Assembly (NCBI GenBank): GCA_039028615.1
Contig: JBCCHT010000015.1
Location: 32,001-96,000, forward strand
Reading direction: 5' to 3'
Length of the DNA: 64,000 nucleotides
DNA from: Myxococcota bacterium
Lineage (GTDB): Bacteria > Myxococcota_A > Polyangia > Nannocystales > Nannocystaceae
Part shown: piece by piece, positions 19,135 through 28,510 of the stretch
Layout of the letters: the number at the start of each line of letters is the position of its first letter
Numbering within the stretch: position 1 is the stretch's first letter
The notes under the pieces: generated by a model
Databases searched by the model: none
Told to the model about the DNA's origin: nothing
Seen by the model: only the letters and a program-made list of their open reading frames with translations
Position numbers and translations under genes: made by a program

Positions 19135-21495
19135 ATGGAGTGGAAGTACTTCAACGTGTCGCGGGCCCACGACTGCTTTGCGCCCCGCGTGGAGAGCAAC
19201 CGCATCAACTACCGCACACCGAGGACAGGCACGGTGAAGCGCATGCGAATGCGGATCTCCGATGCCGACGGAATCGTGGTGTTCGAGCAAGAGTATGACG
19301 TGGCAAATGGGCTGCCGCAGCTGGCCTGGGACGGCGGGATCAACCAGAACCCGCCCCACGGGGAGCCGCCCTACGTCAACCCGATGCGCTCCCCGTTCAC
19401 GGCGGAGGTGCACGGCCTGATGCAGGGGCAGAACGAGCAGCCCATCCAGAGGCCGGTCGAACTGTCCGACGACGACGCGCCCACGTTGCTTCTGACGAGG
19501 TGTCACGACGACGACGCGGCCGATGACGATCCGATCGAGGACGACGAACTCGTGTACGCCGAGCCCGTGTCGCCCGAACCCACGGGGAGCCGCTCGTCGA
19601 CCAGCTTTCGGGTCAAGTTCCACAGCATCGTGGTCGAGCGCGCGGCGATCGACATGATGACGCCCAACGTGGTTCCCAACACCGACCCGATGCGGTGCGT
19701 CCAGCTCAACACGCTCGGGTACTACGCTGGTCCGCCATCGTGGATCGGGATGAACGGCTTTCGCGGCGAGTACTTCACCCGGGCTCGCGATCGCTACAAT
19801 GCGCTGCTCGCCGGTCAGGCCCTCGACACTCGCTTGGGCGCGAACTGGGAGCCTTCCAAGGGGGTCGAGCGCTCGACCAACAACGGTTGGGTCGACTTCG
19901 CCGAGGGCGACGACATGCACGGTGCCGAGCTGCGCATGTACGTCGAGTCGCTGCCCTACAAGGTGGCCGGGATGATCAACGGCCTACGAGATCAGCTGAA
20001 CGTCGGCCATGCCCAAGCGCGTGCCGGGCAGGAAGAAGCCCAGCTCAACCGCCCGCTGGTTCCATTCGAAGTGCGGCTACTGGTCCGGCGCTCCAACGGG
20101 CAAGGCGTGTTCGTCCGCGAAGCGGTGGGCAAGGCGCGAGTCGACTGGACCATCGACCGTCCCGGGGAGCATCTCGAGAACATCGGCAGGAACCGAGGGG
20201 GGACCTCCCGCTATGCACGACGGTACGTGCAGCAAGCCAAGCAGGCGATCGGTGGCACGGCCGGGCTCAACGGCAAGAACCGGCGCAAGATCAACTGCAC
20301 TCAGACTGCCCTGGGAGGCGCGGCCGTGGCCGACCAGTGGAAGTCCGCCGCCGTGCTGGGCAACAACGTGATCGGCCCTCACGACGCGCAGGCGGACAAC
20401 GCAAAGAAGGTCATCGCGACTCACGCATGTGTCGACACCAACCATCCCAATCGTCTGGGCAAGGCGGTGTTCATGTTTCGTCCCTCCGCCGTGGCCGGGG
20501 ACCGCTACAAGCTCACCGCTCATGCCTTCTTTCGCGGCCACAACCGTCGCGACGCTCTGCGGCGCAAGAATCCCACGCTCAAGAAGGTCAGCGGGAACAT
20601 CGAGATCTGGCGTTGGGCACCCGTAGGGGTCGTGCTCAACTGGGGGTCCTCCAAGGTTATCGACAACAACCTCTGGGACCTGGTCAAGCCGCGGTTTCGA
20701 GAGGCGTATACGGAGATCGACACGACCAATACCCTCGTCCAGACCCCGACTCAGCTGCTGAACCCGGGCGACTACACCACTTGGATCAACGGCTCGGTCG
20801 GTGTCTCCAACATCCAAGAGGTCCACACGCTCGCGACCAACGCGTTCAGCCCCAACGTCAACGACAACAGCATCCTCTCGCTCAACTCACCGATTCCCGG
20901 GACCTTGGGTGCTCCCAACGGTGGGTGGGGCGCGATGAGCAACCTCTCGCGGATTCAGTACCAGAACAACCCCGCCAAGCGGCTCGCCGTGCTCATGCGA
21001 AAAGCGTTCGACTCACCCGAGGATCGACAGGCAGGCGTGGTGTATGGCAACGAGCGGTTCATCAGCATGGTGGAGACCAGAGCGCGGGCTCAGCGTCCGC
21101 GAGGGTTCGTGATCATGAATCTCGGTTTCGGCAACGCGCTGCAGAATGCCGGGATTCAGGCCAGCGAAATTGAGTTGTCGCTCCTCGATAAAGTTCGTTC
21201 GTGTACGGGAGACCGAGACATGCATGTGATCTTGTGGGACCACCGCCCCGAGCACTTTGACTACATCGTGGCCCACGAAATGGCCCATTGCCTCGGTTTG
21301 CGCCACTACGAGAACGCGGGCGACCAGAACCCCAACGACCACGACACGGCCGACCACAACTGTGTGATGAGCTACTCGTCCAACAATCCCGCTCACCAGC
21401 GGCCTGCCGTGTACTCGCCGATGTTCTGCGGCAAGTGCAACCTGAAGCTCCGCGGGTGGAAGGTGGACCAGGGGTTGATCGCTCGATCGACGTAG
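19135..21495 (+). CDS. Signal-less zinc metallopeptidase-domain protein with FlgD-Ig-like N-terminus; putative secreted effector
   Basis: HEMAHCLGLRH (HExxHxxGxxH), Met-turn CVMSY, FCGKC; N-terminal FAP...ISDADG.VV...LAWDG; LNTLGYYAGP resembles a peptidoglycan-binding fragment. Confidence 0.75.
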   Translation: MEWKYFNVSRAHDCFAPRVESNRINYRTPRTGTVKRMRMRISDADGIVVFEQEYDVANGLPQLAWDGGINQNPPHGEPPYVNPMRSPFTAEVHGLMQGQNEQPIQRPVELSDDDAPTLLLTRCHDDDAADDDPIEDDELVYAEPVSPEPTGSRSSTSFRVKFHSIVVERAAIDMMTPNVVPNTDPMRCVQLNTLGYYAGPPSWIGMNGFRGEYFTRARDRYNALLAGQALDTRLGANWEPSKGVERSTNNGWVDFAEGDDMHGAELRMYVESLPYKVAGMINGLRDQLNVGHAQARAGQEEAQLNRPLVPFEVRLLVRRSNGQGVFVREAVGKARVDWTIDRPGEHLENIGRNRGGTSRYARRYVQQAKQAIGGTAGLNGKNRRKINCTQTALGGAAVADQWKSAAVLGNNVIGPHDAQADNAKKVIATHACVDTNHPNRLGKAVFMFRPSAVAGDRYKLTAHAFFRGHNRRDALRRKNPTLKKVSGNIEIWRWAPVGVVLNWGSSKVIDNNLWDLVKPRFREAYTEIDTTNTLVQTPTQLLNPGDYTTWINGSVGVSNIQEVHTLATNAFSPNVNDNSILSLNSPIPGTLGAPNGGWGAMSNLSRIQYQNNPAKRLAVLMRKAFDSPEDRQAGVVYGNERFISMVETRARAQRPRGFVIMNLGFGNALQNAGIQASEIELSLLDKVRSCTGDRDMHVILWDHRPEHFDYIVAHEMAHCLGLRHYENAGDQNPNDHDTADHNCVMSYSSNNPAHQRPAVYSPMFCGKCNLKLRGWKVDQGLIARST

Positions 21496-21593
21496 GCGCT
21501 GCCCTGGAGGCCGACCCCCGCGACAACGATCCAGGCTACGGGAGGCCTTGGACTCGTCCGCGGGGGGCGTGCGGGGCGTCGTACCGATGGCGT

Positions 21594-22550
21594 TCAGTCG
21601 TGAACGGTCTCGAGCGTGATCGAGCGGACGTTGGTCGTATTGTCGAGCCACAGATGGGCCGGATCGACCGAGACGACATTATCGGTGCAATCGATGACCA
21701 CCGTGTAGGTCTCTCCGTCGGGGAAGTTCGGGTCCAGGAGCTCGAGCGTCACGTTGTTGGTCATCTCGTCGAAGGCCGCGTGCGTGATCGTCAGGGCATG
21801 GGCCGAGGCGGGAGTGGTCCCGGAGGCGGGCTTGTCGAACACGATGATACCCGACCCGTGGTTGGCGATGACCTCTTGGATCAGCGTGAAGTAGGCTTTG
21901 AGGTTGGAAGCCGGGGTGCCGTCGAGGTCGTACTCATCGATGGAGACCGGCACGCCATCTTCATCCATCTCTTCTTCTTTGCAGTCCCCGATCTTGGTCA
22001 TTTCTGCCTCGGTCAGGCCGTCGGCGATGTCCGCGTCGTCGACTCCGGCCTCTGCGAGACATGCTCGAACCCGAGCTTCGAATGCTCCTCCGACGTCGTG
22101 GGCGCCGGACCAGATGTTGGCGTTGATGAGCGCAATGTAGCCGCAGGCACCCCATTGGCCCTGACCCCAGTATCCGTTCGGGGCCTTGAAGGGCGGGTTG
22201 ACGAGCACGGGAATGGCGGAGCCCACGATGTGACAGCCGATGACGGGCTCTTCGCCTCCGCCTACGTCGGGGCTGCCCGCATCCCAGTTCCATCCTCCGA
22301 AGTCCGGACCGGCGCCATCGCCCCCGCCGGTCTCTTCGTCTGTTCCATCACCCGTGTATGTACCCGTGTACGTGCCCGTCGTCGTACTCGTGCTCGTGCT
22401 CGTGCTCGTGCCCGTCGTCGTGCTCGTTCCCGTACTCGTGCCGAGTCCAGATGTGCCATTGCGATCATTGAGCGAACTGTCCCGCTGCTCATCACATCCC
22501 GATATCAGCGCGAATACGCACACTCCCATCACCACCCTTTGGATTTGCAT
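21594..22550 (-). CDS. Lipoprotein with Thr/Ser linker and putative papain-like cysteine peptidase domain
   Basis: Lipobox LISGC; QGQWGACG...HALTI...LLDPN in Cys-His-Asp order. Confidence 0.55.
   Translation of the reverse strand: MQIQRVVMGVCVFALISGCDEQRDSSLNDRNGTSGLGTSTGTSTTTGTSTSTSTSTTTGTYTGTYTGDGTDEETGGGDGAGPDFGGWNWDAGSPDVGGGEEPVIGCHIVGSAIPVLVNPPFKAPNGYWGQGQWGACGYIALINANIWSGAHDVGGAFEARVRACLAEAGVDDADIADGLTEAEMTKIGDCKEEEMDEDGVPVSIDEYDLDGTPASNLKAYFTLIQEVIANHGSGIIVFDKPASGTTPASAHALTITHAAFDEMTNNVTLELLDPNFPDGETYTVVIDCTDNVVSVDPAHLWLDNTTNVRSITLETVHD
22361..22445. repeat. Low-complexity (GTGCTC)n-type hexamer repeat encoding a Thr/Ser/Gly linker
   Basis: gtactcgtgctcgtgctcgtgctcgtgccc... Confidence 0.7.
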
Positions 22551-22699
22551 GGGTCGTCCAGACGGCGAGGCTCTGGACGGTATTCAGTGAAAACCCTAGT
22601 GGTCTCGGGGTCGTTTCGGGACGCAGAAGTGGCTCGTTCGCACGAGTCGATGAAGACAAATCATGCCATCGCCATTGGCACTATTTGTGGTGCTCGGTT

Positions 22700-23281
22700 T
22701 CAACCGAGTCGGCGTTGAAACTCTTGCATCGCGGAGTCACCGAGCCGCATCGCGATGTGCTCGATCGCCGCGCGCTCATCCTTCGAGATCGGATTGGTGA
22801 GGCCTAAAAATCCGCCCGCTGCCTCGGCCACCATGATGCACAGCCCCACGATGGTCTGCGCCTTGACCGAACCGCCGCGCTCGATGAGTTCGCGAAGCAC
22901 CTTCAGCGATTCCTCGAGGTACTCGTCGGAAGGCCGCTCTTCGAGCAGCGCGAGCATCACCTGGTAGGCCTTCCCCACGGGGATGCCTCGCACGCGGAGC
23001 AAGCCGATGATGGCGGCGCGCTCGCCCTTTTGGATGGTGCCGTCCGACCACGCCACGTGCACCAGCGGCAGTAGATCGACGACCTGAGTCGCATCGCCCT
23101 CGAAGCCCAGCGCGGCGACCCGGGCCGCGAGCACCTCGTCGGTGGCGCTGGCCTCGTCTCCGAGCTCGAGCCGATCGCGTTGCATGGCGATGGCCGACTC
23201 GTGCAGCGTGATGCGGATCCGCTTGCGCTGCTCCGCCCCCTCCGCGGTGAAGACCTCCTCGCCCGGCTCGGTGCTATCCAT
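22700..23281 (-). CDS. TerB-like (tellurite resistance family) protein
   Basis: VAWSDGTIQKGER and VAEAAGGFLG...ISKDERAAI paired helical motifs. Confidence 0.7.
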   Translation of the reverse strand: MDSTEPGEEVFTAEGAEQRKRIRITLHESAIAMQRDRLELGDEASATDEVLAARVAALGFEGDATQVVDLLPLVHVAWSDGTIQKGERAAIIGLLRVRGIPVGKAYQVMLALLEERPSDEYLEESLKVLRELIERGGSVKAQTIVGLCIMVAEAAGGFLGLTNPISKDERAAIEHIAMRLGDSAMQEFQRRLG

Positions 23282-23482
23282 GCATCGATGGTAGCCGGTG
23301 CCGCGGCGCAGCCGAACCGCGAAGACACGAACATCGTCCGCGACTTCGCGCCGAGAACGAGTCGACGCCGAACTGCACGGCCCGCAACGGGCCACGGCCG
23401 GGCGCAAGGGCACAAGCGTGCGCTCTCGAGGCAATGAGGGCGAGCTGTCGCGTCTCCGAACGGCCGGCGTTAGTGTCCGGGC

Positions 23483-25249
23483 ATGCGCTGGTCCGCCGCG
23501 TTCCTCGGTCTGTTGGTCATGGCCCTTGCTTGCAAGCCCCGCGAGTCGGAGCAACCGAGCTCGTCGCCGACACCGGACGCCGAGACGTCGGTGCGCTCCG
23601 TGTTCACCGTGCAGCTGCCCGCGACAGTCGAGGGAGGCCCCATCGATGGCCGCTTGCTCGTGATCCTGGCGGCCGAGGGCGACGAGGAACCACGGTTTCA
23701 GGTCAACGCTTCGGTGGACGCCGCCCAAGTATTCGGCGTGGACCTCGACGGGGTCGCGCCGGGTGAGTCGATCGCGGTCTCAGACGATGTGTTCGGCTTC
23801 CCCATCGCCCGCGCGGGCGAGGTCCCGGCGGGTCGCTATACCGTGCAAGCGGTCCTGCATCGGTACGAGACCTTCAACCTGTCGAACGGCAAGACGGTGA
23901 AGCTGCCGATGGATCGGGGTGAGGGGCAGCACTGGAATCGAGCACCCGGGAACCTGTTCAGCACTCCGTTCGAGGTCGCGTTCGATCCCGCTGCACCCGA
24001 GCCCATCACCATCTCCCTCGACCAGGTCATTCCGCCCATCGAGCCTCCGGCGGATACCGAGTACGTCAAGCACATCCGGTTCCAGTCTTCGCTGCTCACC
24101 GAGTTTTGGGGACGCCCCATGTTCCTGGGCGCGCATGTGCTGATCCCGAAGGGCTTCGACGAGCACCCCGAGGCACGCTACCCGCTGGCAATCTTCCACG
24201 GCCACTTCAACCACGACTTTCGAGGGTTTCGCCCCGAGCCCCCCGATCCCGATCTGAAGCCCGACTTCGCGGAACGCTTCGGGGTCGAGGGCTACAATCG
24301 GATCCAGCAGCAGGAAGCGCACGACTTCTATCGCAAGTGGACCGGCCCCGATTTCCCGCGGATGCTGATCGTCGATGTCCAGCACGCTAACCCGTACTAC
24401 GACGACTCGTACGCGGTGAATTCGGCCAACCTCGGTCCGTACGGCGACGCCATCACCTACGAGCTCATCCCGCACATCGAAAAGGAGTTCCGGGGCATCG
24501 GGGAGGGCTGGGCTCGGTTCGTCTACGGGGGATCCACGGGCGGATGGGAGGCGCTGGCGGTGCAGGTGCTGTATCCCGACGAGTACAACGGAGCGTTCGC
24601 GGCCTGTCCGGACCCGATCGATTTCCGCGCGTACACCCTGGTCGACATCTACGAGGACGACAATGCCTATGATCAGGTCGGCCCGTTCAAGCGGGCGCCG
24701 CGTCCGGGGCATCGCAACTGGCTGGGCCAGGTCGATCTCAGCCTGCGGGAGTACAACCACCTCGAGCTGGTGCTCGGTACCCACAGCCGCTCTGGAGAGC
24801 AGTGGGACATCTGGGAGGCCGTGTACTCGCCGATGGGGGACGATGGCTATCCGCGTCGGATCTGGGACAAGAGGACCGGCGACATCGACCACGAGGTCGC
24901 CGCGTACTGGCGAGAGCACTACGACCTGCGCCACATCATGGAGCGCGACTGGAAGACGCTGGGTCCCAAGCTGCAGGGAAAGATCCACCTGTACGTCGGC
25001 GACATGGACAACTATTACCTGAACAACGCCGTGTACCTGACCGAGGCGTTCCTCGAGCAGACGACCGATCCGCCCTACGATGGCGAGGTGCGTTACGGCG
25101 ACCGGGCCGAGCACTGCTGGAACGGAGACCCCGAGCAGCCCAACCATATCTCGCGGTTGCGCTACAACACGATGTACGTCCCCCGGATGCTCGAACGGAT
25201 GAAGCAGACGGCTCCCAAGGGGGCCGACCTCGACAGCTGGCGGTACTGA
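23483..25249 (+). CDS. Alpha/beta-hydrolase (putative esterase family) lipoprotein
   Basis: Lipobox ALAC; YGGSTGGWEAL nucleophile elbow; GDMDNY; C-terminal His. Confidence 0.8.
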   Translation: MRWSAAFLGLLVMALACKPRESEQPSSSPTPDAETSVRSVFTVQLPATVEGGPIDGRLLVILAAEGDEEPRFQVNASVDAAQVFGVDLDGVAPGESIAVSDDVFGFPIARAGEVPAGRYTVQAVLHRYETFNLSNGKTVKLPMDRGEGQHWNRAPGNLFSTPFEVAFDPAAPEPITISLDQVIPPIEPPADTEYVKHIRFQSSLLTEFWGRPMFLGAHVLIPKGFDEHPEARYPLAIFHGHFNHDFRGFRPEPPDPDLKPDFAERFGVEGYNRIQQQEAHDFYRKWTGPDFPRMLIVDVQHANPYYDDSYAVNSANLGPYGDAITYELIPHIEKEFRGIGEGWARFVYGGSTGGWEALAVQVLYPDEYNGAFAACPDPIDFRAYTLVDIYEDDNAYDQVGPFKRAPRPGHRNWLGQVDLSLREYNHLELVLGTHSRSGEQWDIWEAVYSPMGDDGYPRRIWDKRTGDIDHEVAAYWREHYDLRHIMERDWKTLGPKLQGKIHLYVGDMDNYYLNNAVYLTEAFLEQTTDPPYDGEVRYGDRAEHCWNGDPEQPNHISRLRYNTMYVPRMLERMKQTAPKGADLDSWRY

Positions 25250-25420
25250 GCGACGCGTGCGGAGGGGAAGCGATTAGGGGTCGGGGAGTCGCTTCCCGTC
25301 GTCGTTTTTCTGGAGATTGTGGAATCCGCTCGACGGGCTCGTGGACCCCATCTGATGCGAACGGACGGCGTGGCGCCCTCGGGAGGCCTCGGTGCTCGTG
25401 CGCGGGATGGGCACGGACTC

Positions 25421-26679
25421 ATGAACGCACTACGAATCGCTCCTCTCATCGCAGGCGCGGCGGGCCTGATCTACGCGTCGAATGCCGAGGCGGCACTCGT
25501 CACCTATCACGTCGACACCACGGCGGACACCTTCGACCCCGACGGCTGCATCGATCGAGAGGTCGGGAACTGCTCGCTGCGATCGGCGGTGTACGAGGCC
25601 AACAAAGACGCCGTTTGGGACGAGATCTCGCTGCCCGCCGGAAACTACGTGATCGACAACGCCATCGAAGGTGTGATCGACGTAACGACGGGAGTTCATT
25701 TCACGGGCGATGGCCCGGACCTCACGACCATCGAGTCTATCTCTACGACTCGGTCGTTCGCGATTTCGACTACGCGACCTCGATCGTGGGCGTGGATGAG
25801 GGCCTGCTGTTGCTGCAGGAGTTCGAACTGACCGACAACACATCCGATGATTTCGGAGCCTCTGCTATCTACGGCACGCATGCGCCCGGTGCTGGGATTT
25901 CACCATGGATGGAGGATTTGCACATCCACGACAACGAAGCTTCGGGGGGTGGAGCGATCATCGAGCTGCACTACGAAGACACGTGGATCCGGCGAGCCGA
26001 GTTCGCAAGCAATACTGCTGGTGATGCCATCGTCCACATGTACGGCGGCTACGACATCCAAGATACGTACTTCCACCACAATACGGCGCACGCGGGGATG
26101 CGCTTCAGCGGGGGTGGCACTCCGACGTATCTCGGCCGGTCGACGTTTTCCCACAACAACTGCGCGTTCGGGACGATCAAACTCGAAGGCGGGTCCTGGC
26201 TGGCTTTGAACAACGCCACATTCGCCTTCAACGACTCCATGCGTGGGTCGGTGCTCAGTGCGCTTGCTGGATCGGAGGCCGTTGCTACTCAGCTGACGGT
26301 CACTGACAACAGCGCGATTTTGGGGGCATTCCATGCGGACCTCGGCGCCAGCGTCTACTTGGAGATCGTCGCGGCCGCAGGGGATGTCGGCAACAACCTC
26401 TGTGCCGGCGGAGGAGCGTTTACTGCCTGGGGATCCAATGCGTTCTCAGGTGACGCAACCTGTCCGATGCACCCCACCGACGTCATGGTGCCGAACCTCA
26501 TGGTGCAGCCCCTCGCCGACAATGGTGGCTTCGCTCCGACCATGAAGCCAGCCCCTGGCAGCCCGCTCATCGACGGGTCGTGGCAGTTCTGGGCGACGTG
26601 GGACCAACGAAACTTGCCGCGGGGGAATGGCCCCTCTTGGGAGATCGGCGCGTTCGAGTGCCAGCCGGGGGAGTGCTGA
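25421..26679 (+). pseudogene. CSLREA / choice-of-anchor-Q beta-helix protein, frameshifted by an internal deletion
   Basis: N-terminal part (VDTTADTFDPDGC...CSLRSAV) and C-terminal part (LADNGG...SPLID...DQR...IGAFE) are in different frames; the junction at ~25736 lacks ~127 bp present in the paralog at 40736-40864. Confidence 0.8.
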
Positions 26680-26767
26680 GAGCATAGGCAGGACCAGCGC
26701 TACCAGCGATTGCGGGGCGTCACGAACTTTTTGCAATCGATTCTCCGCGCCGCGTCATGTAACGGAC

Positions 26768-27832
26768 ATGACGCGACACAGCCTCGAGATCCTCGTCGGC
26801 GCCGGCCTGTTGTTTGGCTCTTTGACCGCTTGCAAGCCACCGGGGGGCGATTCGCAGCCTTCGTCCTCGACTACCGGGGGCGCGGAAGACACGACCTCGG
26901 CGGTGCTGGACACGGAGGGGGAGTGCCCCGGGGTTCCGAGCCCAGAGTGCGGCGAGGACATGATGTGTCCCGAGGGCGAGCTGTGCTCGGGCTGCCTGTG
27001 CGTGCCGATTCCCGACGACTGTGGGGACAACGCCGAGTGCGTCAGCGATGCGGAGTGCGGTAGCGACAGCGCCTGTATCGACTGCCTGTGCGTGCACGAG
27101 TGCAGCCTGCTCCCCCTGGCGGGCTGCACGTCCCACGAGGACTGCGAGGGGACCACCATCTGCGCGGGAGCGCCGGGCTGCGAGTGCGTGGAGGACTTGG
27201 GGTGCACGGAGGAAGACGAGTGTCGCAGCAACTTCGACTGCGACGGCACGACCTGCCACCCGGTGTCGTGCACCTGCGACGGTATCGGCTGCGCGTGCAC
27301 CAGCAACGAAGAGTGCGGCGACGGCATGGTCTGCCAGGCGTGCGAGTGCATCACGCCGCCGGGCGAGTCGGATCCAGAGGGGGACTGCGAGCGAGACTTC
27401 GAGCCGCCCGAGGCGTGCAACCCTGCGATCGACATCGTGGCGACCGAGGTCGGCTGTGACGGGGATGCCCTCACGGTCTCGGTGACCTACGCTGAACCGA
27501 TCGATCCAGAGCCCGGTGTCCAGACCACGCGCGCGCTAGAGCTGTGGGACGACGCGGACAACTACGTGCTTCGAATGTTCGCGAGCGCCTCGCAGTTCGA
27601 GCCGGGGCCCTACGAGTGTGAAATCATCGTGGTGGGGCAGATGGCAGCTCCGCTGGGGCCGGACGACGTTTGCCAGATCTCCGAGGACGGGAATCGGTTC
27701 GAGTATCGACTGTCGGCCGAGTCGGCGATGTTGGCCGGGGCTCCGCTCGGGGCGGTGGCCGCCTACGCGCAGAACTCGGATCCGAGCTACCACTTCGACA
27801 TGACCGATTCGTACCCGTTCCCGTGCCCATGA
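26768..27832 (+). CDS. Cys-rich secreted lipoprotein
   Basis: Lipobox LTAC; repeated C-x4-5-C-x5-C-x2-C-x-C modules. Confidence 0.75.
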   Translation: MTRHSLEILVGAGLLFGSLTACKPPGGDSQPSSSTTGGAEDTTSAVLDTEGECPGVPSPECGEDMMCPEGELCSGCLCVPIPDDCGDNAECVSDAECGSDSACIDCLCVHECSLLPLAGCTSHEDCEGTTICAGAPGCECVEDLGCTEEDECRSNFDCDGTTCHPVSCTCDGIGCACTSNEECGDGMVCQACECITPPGESDPEGDCERDFEPPEACNPAIDIVATEVGCDGDALTVSVTYAEPIDPEPGVQTTRALELWDDADNYVLRMFASASQFEPGPYECEIIVVGQMAAPLGPDDVCQISEDGNRFEYRLSAESAMLAGAPLGAVAAYAQNSDPSYHFDMTDSYPFPCP

Positions 27833-27883
27833 GACGGCATCGACGCGTGGTCAGCCGCGGTTCGGCCGTGGTACCACCGAGCG

Positions 27884-28501
27884 GTGGACACGGACACGGA
27901 GTTGCTGGCGGCATGGCGAGCTGGCGACGACGTGGCCGGCAACCGGCTGGTCAAGCGGCACTTCACGGCCGTGTACCGGTTCTTTCGGAACAAAGTCGAC
28001 GGCGATCTCGACGAGCTCGTTCAGGCTACGTTCACGCGAATGACGGTCGGCGCGGATCGGATCGAAGCCGGAGCCTTTCGCGGGTTCCTGTTCGCCATCG
28101 CCCGCAACGTGCTCAGGGAACACTACCGGGCGCGGGCCAAGCACCGCGGGATCATCGATTTCGAGTCGCGTTCGGTGGTGGACCTGGGGACTTCGCCCAC
28201 GGGGGTGCTCGCGCGCAAGCAAAGCCACCGCTTGCTGCTCGCGGGCCTGCGCTCGATTCCACTGCAAGAGCAGGTCGCCCTGGAGCTCGTGTACTGGGAG
28301 GGGATGACCGGCAAGGAAGTCGGGCAGGTGATGGGCGTACCCGAGGGCACGGCACGGACGCGGCTTCGGTCGGCGAGGCTGTCTCTCGAGGCCGCCCTCG
28401 CTCGGCTGGCGCGCTCGCCCGATGCGCTCGCCTCTACGCGCGACAACCTCGAGCGCTGGATCACTGCGATTCGCGACTACATCGGGGAACCGGCGTCGTA
28501 G
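27884..28501 (+). CDS. ECF sigma-70 factor
   Basis: Region 2 (LVKRH...DELVQATF...FRGFLFAIARN) and region 4 (LELVYWEG...PEGTARTRL). Confidence 0.88.
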   Translation: MDTDTELLAAWRAGDDVAGNRLVKRHFTAVYRFFRNKVDGDLDELVQATFTRMTVGADRIEAGAFRGFLFAIARNVLREHYRARAKHRGIIDFESRSVVDLGTSPTGVLARKQSHRLLLAGLRSIPLQEQVALELVYWEGMTGKEVGQVMGVPEGTARTRLRSARLSLEAALARLARSPDALASTRDNLERWITAIRDYIGEPAS

Positions 28502-28510
28502 GGAGCATCG

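Noticed and set aside
24802..25737. N-terminal part of the 625-aa ORF 24802..26679
   Set aside because: Arg-rich off-frame read-through; only the part after ~25738 matches the paralog
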